A DNA stretch of 54,767 nucleotides from Octopus bimaculoides (Eukaryota): contig NC_068995.1 of assembly GCF_001194135.2 (NCBI RefSeq), forward strand, positions 52,242,865-52,297,631. The letters run 5' to 3'. A program made the position numbers and the translations under genes. The first letter of the stretch is position 1, and every line of letters begins with the position of its first letter. This document shows, piece by piece, positions 25,455-37,585 of the stretch. The notes under the pieces were generated by a model that searched no databases, was not told the origin of the DNA, and was given only the letters and a program-made list of their open reading frames with translations.

Positions 25455-25882
25455 CATGGCTGTGATCTCACTTTACTTGCCGAGTCTTCTCAATCACAGC
25501 AGATCTTCAGAGGTCTCAGTCTTTCGTCATTGCCTCTGTGAGGCCCAACATTCGAAGGTCGAAGGTCATGCTTCACCACCTCATCCCATGTCTTCCCGGG
25601 TCTACCTCTTCCACAGGTTCTTTCCACTGTTAGGGTGTGGCATTTCCTCACACAGCTGTCCTCATTCATACAGAACACATGACCATACCAGCGCAGTCAT
25701 CTCTCTTGCACCCCACATTTGATGCTTCTTATGTCCAGCTTTCCTCTCAGGGTGCTTACACTCTGTCGTGTGTGCACACTGACATTACACATCCAGCATT
25801 TCATACTAGCTTCATTTCTTTCAAGCCTACGCATGTCCTCAGCAGTCACGGCCCATTTTTCACTGCCCTGTAGCATGGCGCA
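25455..25882 (-). pseudogene. 5'-truncated RTE (BovB-like) LINE, ORF C-terminus
   Basis: AMLQGSEKWAVTAEDMRRLERNEASM...CGVQER*LRWYGHV...GRGRPGKTWDEVVKHDL; in-frame TGA 25697-99 within RRLRWYGH, and a 7-bp duplication (ccttcga) frameshift. Confidence 0.9.
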
Positions 25883-25898
25883 TATATACATACATACA

Positions 25899-25934
<36 letters not shown>

Positions 25935-26524
25935 TATATTATATATTATATATATATATTATATGTGTGTGTATGTACATATATATGTATCGACATATAA
26001 ACACATATATCTACGTATTATATATAAGCATATACACAGAGAAAGAGAAAAAGAGGAGAACTAGAGAAAGACATCTGGAAATAATCATTCGTTGTTATGG
26101 ATTCCCAATCTTCAGTTGTCAGGCCAACATTTCTCTAGGGTTATATAACCTCTTAATTATCTTACAGCATAGCTAAATATAAATCCTTCAATAGAATTAA
26201 ACAATTCGTTTGATGTATTGCGTGTTACATAATTTTTCTCATGCAGTTATGACGAAATCTATTCCACAAGATAACTGCGCAATCCCTGATATCTACACTC
26301 ACACAGCTCATATATCACATAATATATGTTGTTATTTGTTCCTTCTCGAGCCATGCCTGGCTCATAAGGGCTGGTTTCCCGGTTTCCTTGGCATATAGGT
26401 TTCCCCACCTAGACGGGACGCAATAATATAATATAGTGATTTCAAATTTTGGCTCAAGGAGGTTTTGGAACGTAACATCCACGATAGTTGCGGGATTACT
26501 GTACATATTGTATTATATTGCATT

Positions 26525-26586
26525 ATATCATATTACATTAAGTTATATTATATTATATTATATTATATTATATTATATTATATTAT
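26525..26586 (+). repeat. (TATTA)n pentanucleotide array
   Basis: Directly visible. Confidence 0.85.
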
Positions 26587-26705
26587 GAATTCAAATTCCG
26601 CCGAGGTCGACTTTGCCTTTCGGGATCGATAAAATAAACACCAGCTGAGCATTGGGGTCGACTTAGCCCTCCCCTCGAAATTTCTATCATCGAGCCAAAT
26701 TTTGA
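26587..26705 (+). mobile_element. SINE family B fragment
   Basis: gaattcaaattccgccgaggtcgactttgcctttc...gataaaataa...ggggtcgac. Confidence 0.75.
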
Positions 26706-26869
26706 AACCACTATATTATATTATTGTGCCTATAGTCGAAAAAAAAAAAAAGAAAGAAAAGTAATTTTAAACCACATAAGATTACAAAGACGGACATAAG
26801 GCAAAAAGTAAGTACTGTCGCGAATTCTAGGAGTCATGCGGCCGGTTACAAGTGACCGAAATCCTAATA

Positions 26870-27050
26870 TATCCTCCCTGAATGGGACGCCAGTCCATCG
26901 CAAGGTTATTCATTTTCCAACTAAATGTACAGGAACGATGTGAAAAGAAGTGTTTTACTCAAGAACACAGCGCACTGCTCAGTCCAGGAACCGAAACCAC
27001 GATCTTGAACTCGTGAGTGCATCACCCTAACAACCACAGGCCACGCTTTT
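26870..27050 (-). mobile_element. SINE family E (a related fragment lies at 26340-26420)
   Basis: gggacgccagtccatcgcaagg...aagtgttttactcaagaacac...ggaaccgaaacc...caccctaac. Confidence 0.7.
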
Positions 27051-27202
27051 TCACAATGATGCACCAAAAAAAAACAAAACAAAGGAATATCAAATTCCGA
27101 GTCGGCTTTATCAGCTGATCGGTCTTGTAGTTTGGCCTTTCCGTTCAACAAACTCCGTTCTGCTTTTCAAAATCAGGTTTGACGGTTGTCATTGCAGACA
27201 AC

Positions 27203-27794
27203 CAGCCCCATCGCGTGACTTTTAGAGGCCCCTTGCAACTTTTTTGTTTCGAGGCCCCATCACTTCAATCAAAATTCATAATCTACGCACCTTTTATTCA
27301 TAGCTATATTTTACTTTATTCTATCTGAAATTCAACATTTCTCGTTATCCTAAAGAACATCTTTAAAAGTACAAGTTAAATTTATTTCGCTCTATTACAA
27401 ATTTCAACAATTAAAACTTCCAGATATGAATAAAAGAGCACTTTTATAATCCTGGCAACTTTCAAAGACAAACACGGAGCACTTTTCGCTTCACAAAATC
27501 ATCAAATAATCAAGTTGAGAGCGAAGTTCGTGTTCAATAGATATCAGAGACAATCCACAAAGTCTGATACACGTTCGTGGCACAATATAATATTTTTACA
27601 GGAACTTTTGCAGGTTCAATCTATTACCATTTTATTTCTTGAAATTTTCTCTTAACATGGCTTAATTCTTGTTCAACATCTTAACCAAAGTAAATAGATG
27701 ACTCATCTATGTACTTTGATATTAACATGGGGCCCTCCTCAACCACGGAGGCCCCGTGCGACCGCAGGCTTACAGGGGCTTAGCGACGGCCCTG
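27203..27794. mobile_element. hAT-type MITE
   Basis: Ends CAGCCCCATCGC / GCGACGGCCCTG (9/12 inverted match); 8-bp TSD cagacaac (27195-202) / ctgacaac (27795-802). Confidence 0.65.
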
Positions 27795-28160
27795 CTGACA
27801 ACACGCTTCTTGTTTCGTTTATTCATTCATAGAGATTGCTCATAAAAATGGGCTGTTATTTTTAACGATTCTGCTTAGATTTTGAGAAGGAAACGTCAGA
27901 TAAGAAAAGGAGAGGAAGAAAGAAGGAGAGGGCGAGAGCGAAGAGAGACAAAGACTGAGAAACAAAGAGAAAGAACGTGACGGTGTGAGGGAGAAAGTGG
28001 TAGAGGAGGAGATAGAGGGAAGAAAAGTGGAGAGAGAGAGAGAGAGAGAGAAGAAGAAGAAGAAGAAGAAGAAGAATGATAGAATGGTTACGAAATGGCA
28101 GAATAAATGAGAGGCGCAAAAACAGTTAAATACAGAGTGATGGGGGGAGGAAATAGATAG

Positions 28161-29154
28161 NNNNNNNNNNNNNNNNNNNNNNNNNNNNNNNNNNNNNNNN
28201 NNNNNNNNNNNNNNNNNNNNNNNNNNNNNNNNNNNNNNNNNNNNNNNNNNNNNNNNNNNNNNNNNNNNNNNNNNNNNNNNNNNNNNNNNNNNNNNNNNNN
28301 NNNNNNNNNNNNNNNNNNNNNNNNNNNNNNNNNNNNNNNNNNNNNNNNNNNNNNNNNNNNNNNNNNNNNNNNNNNNNNNNNNNNNNNNNNNNNNNNNNNN
28401 NNNNNNNNNNNNNNNNNNNNNNNNNNNNNNNNNNNNNNNNNNNNNNNNNNNNNNNNNNNNNNNNNNNNNNNNNNNNNNNNNNNNNNNNNNNNNNNNNNNN
28501 NNNNNNNNNNNNNNNNNNNNNNNNNNNNNNNNNNNNNNNNNNNNNNNNNNNNNNNNNNNNNNNNNNNNNNNNNNNNNNNNNNNNNNNNNNNNNNNNNNNN
28601 NNNNNNNNNNNNNNNNNNNNNNNNNNNNNNNNNNNNNNNNNNNNNNNNNNNNNNNNNNNNNNNNNNNNNNNNNNNNNNNNNNNNNNNNNNNNNNNNNNNN
28701 NNNNNNNNNNNNNNNNNNNNNNNNNNNNNNNNNNNNNNNNNNNNNNNNNNNNNNNNNNNNNNNNNNNNNNNNNNNNNNNNNNNNNNNNNNNNNNNNNNNN
28801 NNNNNNNNNNNNNNNNNNNNNNNNNNNNNNNNNNNNNNNNNNNNNNNNNNNNNNNNNNNNNNNNNNNNNNNNNNNNNNNNNNNNNNNNNNNNNNNNNNNN
28901 NNNNNNNNNNNNNNNNNNNNNNNNNNNNNNNNNNNNNNNNNNNNNNNNNNNNNNNNNNNNNNNNNNNNNNNNNNNNNNNNNNNNNNNNNNNNNNNNNNNN
29001 NNNNNNNNNNNNNNNNNNNNNNNNNNNNNNNNNNNNNNNNNNNNNNNNNNNNNNNNNNNNNNNNNNNNNNNNNNNNNNNNNNNNNNNNNNNNNNNNNNNN
29101 NNNNNNNNNNNNNNNNNNNNNNNNNNNNNNNNNNNNNNNNNNNNNNNNNNNNNN
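28161..29154. other. Largest assembly gap (others: 11929-12368, 13461-13470, 14762-14922, 15977-16501, 18051-18629, 20515-20525, 34713-34724)
   Basis: N runs. Confidence 1.
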
Positions 29155-29499
29155 CTATTTTTGAAAGTCTGCTACTTATTTCATTAGCCCTCCCTTTTTG
29201 TCGAACCGCTAACTTAAAATAAATTTGTTTGAAATTTTAAGGTGTTTCCATTATTTTGTCCAAACCCCGTACATTTTTTGGAGCCTTTTGTTGCTTTCTG
29301 TCAATGTCCAGCAAGGAACTGCAATTAATTCCTATGGGAATTGTGGCTGCTTTTGGAATGGGTAGCAAAGTTTTTTAATTGAATGAATTGATGTCACTAA
29401 TGTAGTTAAAACTGGTTATTTATAAATAAAAAAAGTTCATTACATGTTTTACAATATGTTTGTTTATTGAAAGAGAGCCTCTGTATGCAAGATTGCTGA

Positions 29500-29592
29500 G
29501 AGGTGGGGGATGCCCTTTCATAGCAGGAGGGCCCTGTATCTGTGGATGCCCGGGGCAACTGCCCTCTCCGATCCCCTATAAATCCGGCCCTG
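29500..29592. mobile_element. Right end of a CAGGGCCGG-type MITE
   Basis: gcccggggcaactgccc...aatccggccctg; left end not found (possibly in the gap 28161-29154). Confidence 0.4.
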
Positions 29593-29621
29593 CAAATACG
29601 CATGCGTGTGCACGTACAAAC

Positions 29622-29765
29622 ACGATGGGTTTCTTTTAGTTTCCATCAACAAAATTCACTCATGAAGCCCAAGGCTACAGTAGAAGACACTTGCCCAAGG
29701 TGCCATGCAGTGGGACTGAACCATGCGGTTTGGAACAATGTGGTGGGGAAGCAAATTTCTAATAA
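29622..29765 (-). mobile_element. SINE family A, degenerate
   Basis: gaagacacttgcccaaggtgccatgcagtgggactgaacc. Confidence 0.75.
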
Positions 29766-30488
29766 GTTTCCCTGACATAAATGCGCAACCCCACCAGTTT
29801 CTTATACACATGAAATTCCCCTTCGATACTAAAAAAATGAAGGTTTCCCCATTCATGCAGCCACTCAACCTTCGAGAAATAGTAACCAAATTGCCTCAAA
29901 TCATATTCTCTTATTTTGAAAAGGGAAGGAGACACAAGATAATGTAGTTTTAGATACGCAATGTCTGAAGAAAAGGCAGCATTGTTATGGATGGACCGTT
30001 TCTCGTTATCTGGGGTCACCTGGGTTAAACAACAATAATAACAACTCATTTCGCTTCTTCAGGTGAAACTTGAGTTTTGCATGAAAGCTATAGTTATGTT
30101 GTTGGAAACAAACAGAAAGATAAAAAAAAGGTAAAAAAAAAATATAGATATAAATAATAACTTTAGGATAATGCATGATTTTTTTTTCTTTTTTGTTTTT
30201 GTCCCACAAACGAACACAGGGCGGATAAGAGTTAAGGAAAATAAGCACAGAAGAAACATTAATTGAGAAAACTGACTTGAAACAAAGAGAGGCGTGAGAA
30301 AAATAGAGAACACTGGAAACAGTATGAGAGAGAAAGGTGTGGTATTGTAGAAAGTGTATAATAGAGAACACCATAAAATCTAATATTAACAGGCTTTGTG
30401 GGGAGAGGTGGTAAGATGTAACTACATGTAGATTGTTGGTGATTTTTTCCTTCCGTCTTCCTTTTCACTTGGACTTTCCTCTGTCTTC

Positions 30489-30526
30489 TGTTTCTGAAGA
30501 CGAGCTTTTGCTCAAAACGTAAAACA
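30489..30526 (+). ncRNA. Degenerate minimal type I hammerhead ribozyme (Penelope-like repeat)
   Basis: UGUUU-CUGAAGA-C-GAGC(UUUU)GCUC-AAAA-CG-UA-AAACA: stem I 5 bp, stem II 4 bp, palindromic ACGU stem III; catalytic G12 is A. Confidence 0.65.
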
Positions 30527-30563
30527 ACCTTTCTTTCCTTCCCGGAGCGTCTGTTAATATTTT

Positions 30564-30790
30564 GTTATTTCTTTATTGCCCACAAGGGGCTAAACATAGA
30601 GCGGACAAACAAGGACAGACAAACGGATTAAGTCGATTACATCGACTCCAGTGCGTAACTGGTACTTAATTTATCGACCCCGAAAGGATGAAAGGCAAAG
30701 TCGATCTCTGCGGAATTTGAACGCAGAACGTAACGGCAGACGAAATACCGCTAAGCATTTCTCCCGGCGCGCTAACGTTTCTGCCAGCTC
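30564..30790 (-). mobile_element. SINE family B, young copy inserted just downstream of the hammerhead repeat
   Basis: Near-complete, CpG-rich: gagctggcagaaacgttagc...cctttcatcctttcggggtcgataaattaagtacc...gggcaataaagaaata (reverse complement). Confidence 0.9.
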
Positions 30791-31288
30791 GTTGTTGTTT
30801 TTTCTTCGCGTGTTTTTAATTTTTTTCTTTTTTTTGATTAACTACATACACACATACATTAATTGGCAAAAGATGACTATCCCCAAGTATAACAATATCT
30901 GTTTCAACACACGTTTTCATATCAAGAATCTTGCAAAACAAATACTTCTCAACCACATAGTTCCAGGTTCAATCCCACTCCGTGCTACCTTTTATATATA
31001 TGAGTTTTTGCAAAGAATTCTTGATACAGTCACAGTATTTGAGGAAAGATCTTGAATAAAAAATTTGTAATTATATAAAGAGAATCTTCGGCACAAACCT
31101 TTTGAAGGAAGTTTTCATACTGTGTTTTAAAGTGCTTTTGCTGTGTACAGCTCTTCAAATACACATATTATGGGGTAACCCATAAAGAGCAAAAGAACTT
31201 AAGCATCAATCTGTTTTCTGAAGATTTCTTTTATATAATTAATAATTTTTAATTTAAGAAGGTCTTTTCTCTCTTCTTTCCTTGTTTA

Positions 31289-31328
31289 TTCTTTCAGTAG
31301 AAGAGCATATGCTCAAAACTTAAAAGAA
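31289..31328 (+). ncRNA. Second, more decayed minimal hammerhead motif
   Basis: UUCUUU-CAGUAGA-A-GAGC(AUAU)GCUC-AAAA-CU-UA-AAAGAA; stems I and II pair, but the core is mutated at U4, A6 and G12. Confidence 0.5.
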
Positions 31329-31823
31329 TTCTTGTATTTTTCTTCAGCGTTAACCTAATACACTCTACTTGTTTTTTGTTTTTTTTACCTCACCTTTATG
31401 TTTTTCATAAGTTTTGCACCATACATACAGCTGCAGCTCCGATTATCTGGCAACTGATGGTCTGGCACTCCTTTAATTCAGATAAATTACGGAGAAGGAG
31501 AATTGAAATTCACGCAGTCGTCAGTCTAGTTCACTTTGCGATCACAGGTGGCGTTGTGTGTACTATGTGTTTTCTTGCATTTCTTACAGTGCACTTGTTA
31601 ATGATGATACCAAAATTTTGAGAGATCTCTGCTTCTTTAGCATGAAGCTACCTTAGATATGACTTCTACATTATTAATTTAATACATATCTACTTGTATT
31701 TAATAATATAAATTATTAAATATCTATTCAACACCATATATTTGTTTAATTAAAGCTGCTAGCTGTTCATGGTACTTTAGTCGCATGGAAGGTGTATAAT
31801 CAGTAGGTTAGAGGGGCGTTGAT

Positions 31824-31825
<2 letters not shown>

Positions 31826-31908
<83 letters not shown>
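31826..31908 (+). repeat. (ATT)n microsatellite
   Basis: Directly visible. Confidence 0.95.
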
Positions 31909-33619
31909 GTAACCATGGATGGTCCAGCAAGACAGTTAATCCATTAAAGTCGGTGTATCCTTTTCTCTTCTTTCAGCTACAACATCATCAGTGTTTTGCT
32001 GGATGAAGGCTAAGATTGTGGAGAGAGTTTCTACATCTGCTGGTGTCAATATGTACATGTTATGTTAAGTCCTTTACTCGTTACGGAGCATAGACCATCG
32101 ACAATTTTTCGCAATTGCTCTTTTCTACAGTTGCAACAAAGGACACTGGAAAATCGGTGAAGTATCTGAAGATGTGAGAACATACGCTAACCAATCACTG
32201 CATTCAAAACCCAATGTCAATACAATACGCATTATTTTTAAGACAGCCTGTTTCTGCTTTGTGTGTAAGTGTGCTTATGTACGTATGCCTGTGTATGTAT
32301 ATGCATGCATGTATGTATGTTAGTTGGTAGGAAAACGTTCTCTTCCAGAGACACATACACATAAATACACACACACAGATGTGAAATAGTCAAAACTTCG
32401 TTATTCCATCATCCTCTTCTACCTTTTCTTTCAGTTACTCCTCATTGAATTGTCTTTTGCCTTTTTTTCTTTTTGCCCACTTCTGCACAGACACTCGTGT
32501 TTCAAGGGCCATTAAATTTTAATCGTTCTTCCTTAGGGGTCACCGAAATGTTTTATTAATTCTCCACTTGGCAGTTTCACTGTAGTTTTATAGCAATTAA
32601 TCTCCCTGTCTTTATCTCTCTCCAACCCTTTTAGTTTCTCTTCTTATCTACATATTGAAGTTTCATTCTGCCACATCCCCCCTCTCTTTCCTCCAATTTA
32701 TGTAAAGATGATTTAGACTAGATACTTCCCCCGTAGTTTGTTTGGTTATCTCACAATCTGCTTTCAAATTTATTAGGCTGGAAAGAAAGTTCTGTCACAT
32801 TTCAAGATGGGGGAAAGAAACAAATTGATGTATTGAATCATGATAACATTTACCCTCACCGTTGATAAAACAATTCCACCTATTTGGCAAACTGTTGACC
32901 TAATGGGCATAAAATTCTTCAGCTTTCGAAGCAAAGAAACACTCAACAACATTTTTAACCTCTTCACAATTAATAAACTGTTTTTCTTTCTAAATAACGT
33001 TGCAAAGATTTCAGAAGGTGACAGGAGCAAGATCAAAAGAGAAAAGAAGATGAGGGAAAACTTTCATAATTAGTACCATAATTGTTTGTTAGGGGGTGAC
33101 TTGACCAACATGTGGTCTTGCATTATTGTGTAAGAGCTATGATTTACCAATGACAGGCGCTTTTCTTGTGAATTTTTCTATAATGTTTCCAATTGACGAT
33201 AATACGTCTGAACGTTAACTGTTTTGGTTAAATACTTCATGACAAACGACACCCTTCAAACACAGTACATGACTTTTTTTTCAGTATAGTCCTAGTTTCG
33301 GAACGGATTCTCCTTTTTTTCTGGGTTCTGACCACTGTCGTTTTGTTAGATATAATTATAGAGAATCCACCTTTCATCACTTGTGAGGATTCTATCCAGA
33401 AAGGTTCGATAGCAAATCTACTCTTCAATGACAAGTAGAGGGCAGCTATTTATAGTCAGATGATGAGGGACCCACTGACGAGTTCAGACACTTTTCCTGA
33501 TACTTGAAGACGTTTTATGACCAAAGTGTGACTAAAATGGAACTGTTTTGTTAATTCTTGTGCAGTCTGCTTTGAAAGGTCATATCTAAACTCATTTTAA
33601 AAGGGGTAAAATCGATATG

Positions 33620-33790
33620 AACTTAACCCTTATGTAAACCCATTTCTATCTCAGGGGAGAGGTGATCCAAATTCATCTGGCCTCTAACCTTTGACCTGTC
33701 CATCATTAGAGGCCCTATCAGGAGCTTGCACTCTAATGGAATAGTTCTAAGGGTCATTGAGACACAAATGTCACCACACTGCAATGATGA
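33620..33790 (-). mobile_element. RTE-clade 5'UTR-like segment
   Basis: Reverse complement tgtggtgacatttgtgtctcaatgacccttagaac...gatagggcc...ggacaggtcaaaggttagaggccaga resembles RTE/Rex3/BovB 5'UTR as recalled; homologous to 36765-36950. Confidence 0.55.
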
Positions 33791-33984
33791 CTGGGATTTG
33801 TAAAGGAACCTTACTAATAGGAAGGAAGATTTTAATGGCACAGCCTCCTTTTACGTTACTTATTATTGAAGATGAAGAATTTAGTGGCAAACCCTCTCTA
33901 GCCAACAAGAACGTTTTTTGCTGTTGCTTTCATTTGTCAATGAAGCTGGAAAATTTAGTGGTTCTTTTAATCGTTCATGTTTTA

Positions 33985-34490
33985 TCTTTTACTTGTTTCA
34001 GTTATTGGATTGCAGCCATTCTGGGGCACCACCTTGAAGAGCTTAGTTCAGTCATGGGCAAACTGTGGCCCACGGGTCTTTCTGAATGGCACACTTAACG
34101 AAAAATTATCTTGATTTTTTTCCCTTTTAACTGTATAGCCTGCCTAATGACAAGTCATGCCTTATGCGACCCACTTCTTGAAGACGGTTATTCATGCATG
34201 GTTTAGTTGAACAAATTAACTCCAGTCTGATACATATTCTATCGATCTCTTTTGATGACCCACTAAGTTACGAGGACATAAACAGACCAACAGTGATTGT
34301 CAAGCGGTGGAGAGGACAAACAGAAACACAAAGACACACACACACACACATGCACACACTCACTCAAACACATGACAGAATTCCGTCTACCAAATTCGCT
34401 CACAAGGCACTGGTTGGCTTGGGGCTGTAGCAGCAGATACTTGTCCATGATGCAACGCAGGGAGACTAAACCCGAAAATGTGTGGTTGTG
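33985..34490 (-). mobile_element. Full-length SINE family A interrupted by a hAT MITE
   Basis: Tail 33985-34048, body resumes at 34201, head at about 34490. Confidence 0.75.
34049..34200. mobile_element. Small hAT (Charlie-like) MITE
   Basis: Left end cagtcatgggcaaactgtggcccacggg; 8-bp TSD gcttagtt (34041-48) / gtttagtt (34201-08). Confidence 0.65.
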
Positions 34491-35314
34491 AGGATTTTCG
34501 AAGCAGTCCTTATAGACTAATGAAGTTGAAGATTGTAATAGTGTCCCTCCACTACCCAATAGGGACAAAGATTTTAGTGGTGACCTTTCCTACCAACAAT
34601 AGATTAAGAGATTGACTTGGTATTATGAAAAAAAAAAGAAGGAAAAAACCCCAAAAAAACTTTATAAAAATAAAATTATCTATCTATCTATCTATCTATC
34701 TATATATATATANNNNNNNNNNNNATGTATATATATGTATGTGTAAGAAAATTAAAAAAGCCAATTATTGGAATTTCATTTGCATCATTATAATTCCACA
34801 CTGGAAGCTGTTTGTTAGTAAGTTTTCTAAATTTAATTAACCTAATTATGCTTCTTTTCAATTAATCATGATTGATCGAACCTATTGTTTGAATATGGTT
34901 CGAAATTTGATTGGTTATTCCACCACCACCACCACTGTTCTTACCAGTGTTACTACAACGACAATCATCATCTCATCCCACGGCTATTAGTAACACCACT
35001 GACCCTCTTCACATAGTGCTACAACTGCAACTATTACCTTACACTTACTACTACTACTACTACTACTACTACTACAACCAGCATCACTACTACTATTACC
35101 ACTTCCACCACTACTATTATTACCACATTCACTACCATGTCACCACCACCACCATCACCACTACCACCACCAATACTACCACGACTAAATAAATAAAGGC
35201 AGTGGGAGTGGCAGTAAGCAGTGGTGGAGTAAATATTTAGAGAGGTGCTTTTTATGTTCCAGGTTCAAATCTCATCTATGTCTACTTAGCCTTTCATCAC
35301 TTCCACCCACCAAG

Positions 35315-35480
35315 TTTTGTTGTTGTTTGGCACTCAGGTCAGCCCTAACTGACCAGACCTGTGGTCAAAGACGTTCCAGCCATAGCAATCCTGTCTGCCA
35401 TCCCAGATATTGTGCACCCAAGACTATGGCAGGGTGTCATTTGAAGGAAATTTGGCTGATATTTCTAGCAGGATGAGCAA
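35315..35480 (-). mobile_element. SINE family C, followed by a family A tail at 35486-35610
   Basis: caggtcagccc...ggtcaaagacgttccagcc...atttggctgatatttctagcagg. Confidence 0.7.
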
Positions 35481-35650
35481 ATACTTATCTTTTACTTGTT
35501 TCAGTCATTAGACTGCAGCCATGCTGGGGCACTGCCTTGAAGGGTTTTTAGTCAAATGAATTGATCCCAGGACTTAATTTCTTTAAAGACTGGTACTTAT
35601 TCTGTCGCTGTAACTGACGGATTGCTCCTTCCATATTTATATATATATAT

Positions 35651-35795
35651 ATCATCATCGTCGTTTAACGTCCGCTTTCCATGCTAGCATGGGTTGGACG
35701 ATTTGACTGAGGACTGGTGAAACCGGATGGCAACACCAGGCTCCAGTCTGATTTGGCAGAGTTTCTACAGCTGGATGCCCTTCCTAACGCCAACC
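35651..35795 (-). mobile_element. Young RTE-tail retroposon fragment
   Basis: About 7 differences over about 150 nt from 43050-43200. Confidence 0.85.
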
Positions 35796-36360
35796 ACTCA
35801 GAGAATACATACATATCCATATGTATGTATATATATTATGTTTATACATATCTATCTGCATGTGTGTGTGTGTGTGTGTGACAGATTAATTCCTTACTCA
35901 TTAGCTGCTCACTGTTCGATTGCTGCAAATGGCGGTTGGTGCATATGAGCTAAATCTGCTGCTGTGTGTTGTAATTTAAGTCACAACAAATGAACAATGT
36001 TACAATTAACATATGTTTTATTCAATAATAATCTCTTTTGTTTTGCTTTAATTTAAAGACAAATAAATCGAGATTATTACCAACATTTTCTTGTCTTCAA
36101 TGTCTGGAATCTGTGCAGGATTATTTTGCATTGCATTCTAATTAAAGTCGGACAAATTTACAATGGAGTTTGCAGTATCTTAATTTAGGATAGAAAAACA
36201 TAATTGTCAAGAATACCAGGAGAAGGAATAGAAATTGACTGACAGCAAGAATAAACAGAATCAGCATAAACCAGAACCCATACTGATTAATTGAATAATT
36301 AACTTCTGTGTTTATTTCCAACTGTGTGACTACACTTAATTCGTTTCTTATACTTTAATA

Positions 36361-36585
36361 CTCGTTTCAAATTTTGATGCAAAGCCAGCAAGTTTGGAGA
36401 AAGAAGTAAATTAATTACATTGACCCCAGTGCTTAATTGGTATTTATTTTATTGATTCTGAAAGGATGAAAGGTAAAGTAGACCTCGATGGAATTTGAAC
36501 TCAGAATGTGATGGTGGCCGAAATGCAGCAAAGCCTTTTTGTCTGGCATGCTAACAATTCTACCAGCTCACCACTTTGTCATCAC
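36361..36585 (-). mobile_element. SINE family B
   Basis: Core and head recognisable; 11-bp TSD atactttaata at 36350-60 and 36586-96. Confidence 0.8.
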
Positions 36586-36764
36586 ATACTTTAATATTGC
36601 AATGTTATGTTATGGCGAAATGGTCGTGAATGGTGAATAAGATGGATTTCATGGAGGTGAAGGTTGGATGCAGACAAACTAGCAGGGAGGGCAGAATTAC
36701 CGGTGTGTGTGGAATTTATGGAGAAGTACTAAAAGATGGTACTATCTCAAGGTTCAGCCCTTAC

Positions 36765-36950
36765 TGTTATGTGGTGGCATGTATGCCTCAAAGATCCTGA
36801 GAATTATGTCAGTGGAGTGCAAATTTCTAGAAGGAACTCTCACACTCAAGGATAGAGATCAGATTAAAATGGACAACCCCTTCCCAGAGGTAAAAATGGG
36901 TTTGCATAGGGCCAGCATCTCCACCTAGAAAAAATAAAGTTACAGAAGCA
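36765..36950 (+). mobile_element. RTE-clade 5'UTR-like segment, second copy
   Basis: tgtggtggcatgtatgcctcaaagatcctgagaattatg...gagtgcaa...aaatgggtttgcatagggc aligns with 33620-33790. Confidence 0.55.
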
Positions 36951-37585
36951 TTGTTGACAATTCAAAACCAAGACATTCAACCTGTTTTGGTGACAGTACT
37001 TTTTGGCACTGGAGGCAAACACACACATGCACGTAGAAATATAAACACACAGATTGAGAGAGAGAGCGAGAGAGAGGGAAGGAAAGAGGGAGTGAGAGAG
37101 AAGAAAAGAAACACTAAATTGTCTTATGTCAAATACACATATGGAGTGAGAGAAAGAGAGAGAGAGAGGCATTATACATACATGCAAGCATAACTAGATG
37201 CTCACACTCATAAACAGAGAGAGAGAGAGAGAGAGAGAAATAGAGAGAGAGAGAGAGAGAAATAGAGAGAGAGAGAGATGGAGGAGAAAGAGGGAGGGAG
37301 AGAGAAATGAGGGTGAGAGAGAGAGGAAACAAGAGAAACATTAAAACGTCTTAGGTCAAATAAGCCAGCATCGAATCAGGTGACGCCATACAGGTGCCAC
37401 TGAAAAGGCAGCACCAAAACAGCTGTGCCAAAACGTCTCATATCCACAAGGAATGAATATCTGAAACAGCTCCAGAAAGAAAAAAAAATATACAAAAGAT
37501 AATATTAGTGATGTTAACAATTTTAACGTGAACGTTTTTGTGTAATAAACTGTAATGCTATAAAATTAAATCAGTTTTTGCATTT

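Noticed and set aside
30040-30075. Minus-strand CTGAAGAAGCGAAA hammerhead-like core
   Set aside because: No stem II and no convincing stem I.
31400-31660. Minus-strand EISQNFGIIINKCTVRNARKH as a transposase HTH
   Set aside because: Too short, with no catalytic motifs or TIRs.
32773-33073. Overlapping 77-87-aa ORFs
   Set aside because: AT-rich, no recognisable motif and no good splice sites.
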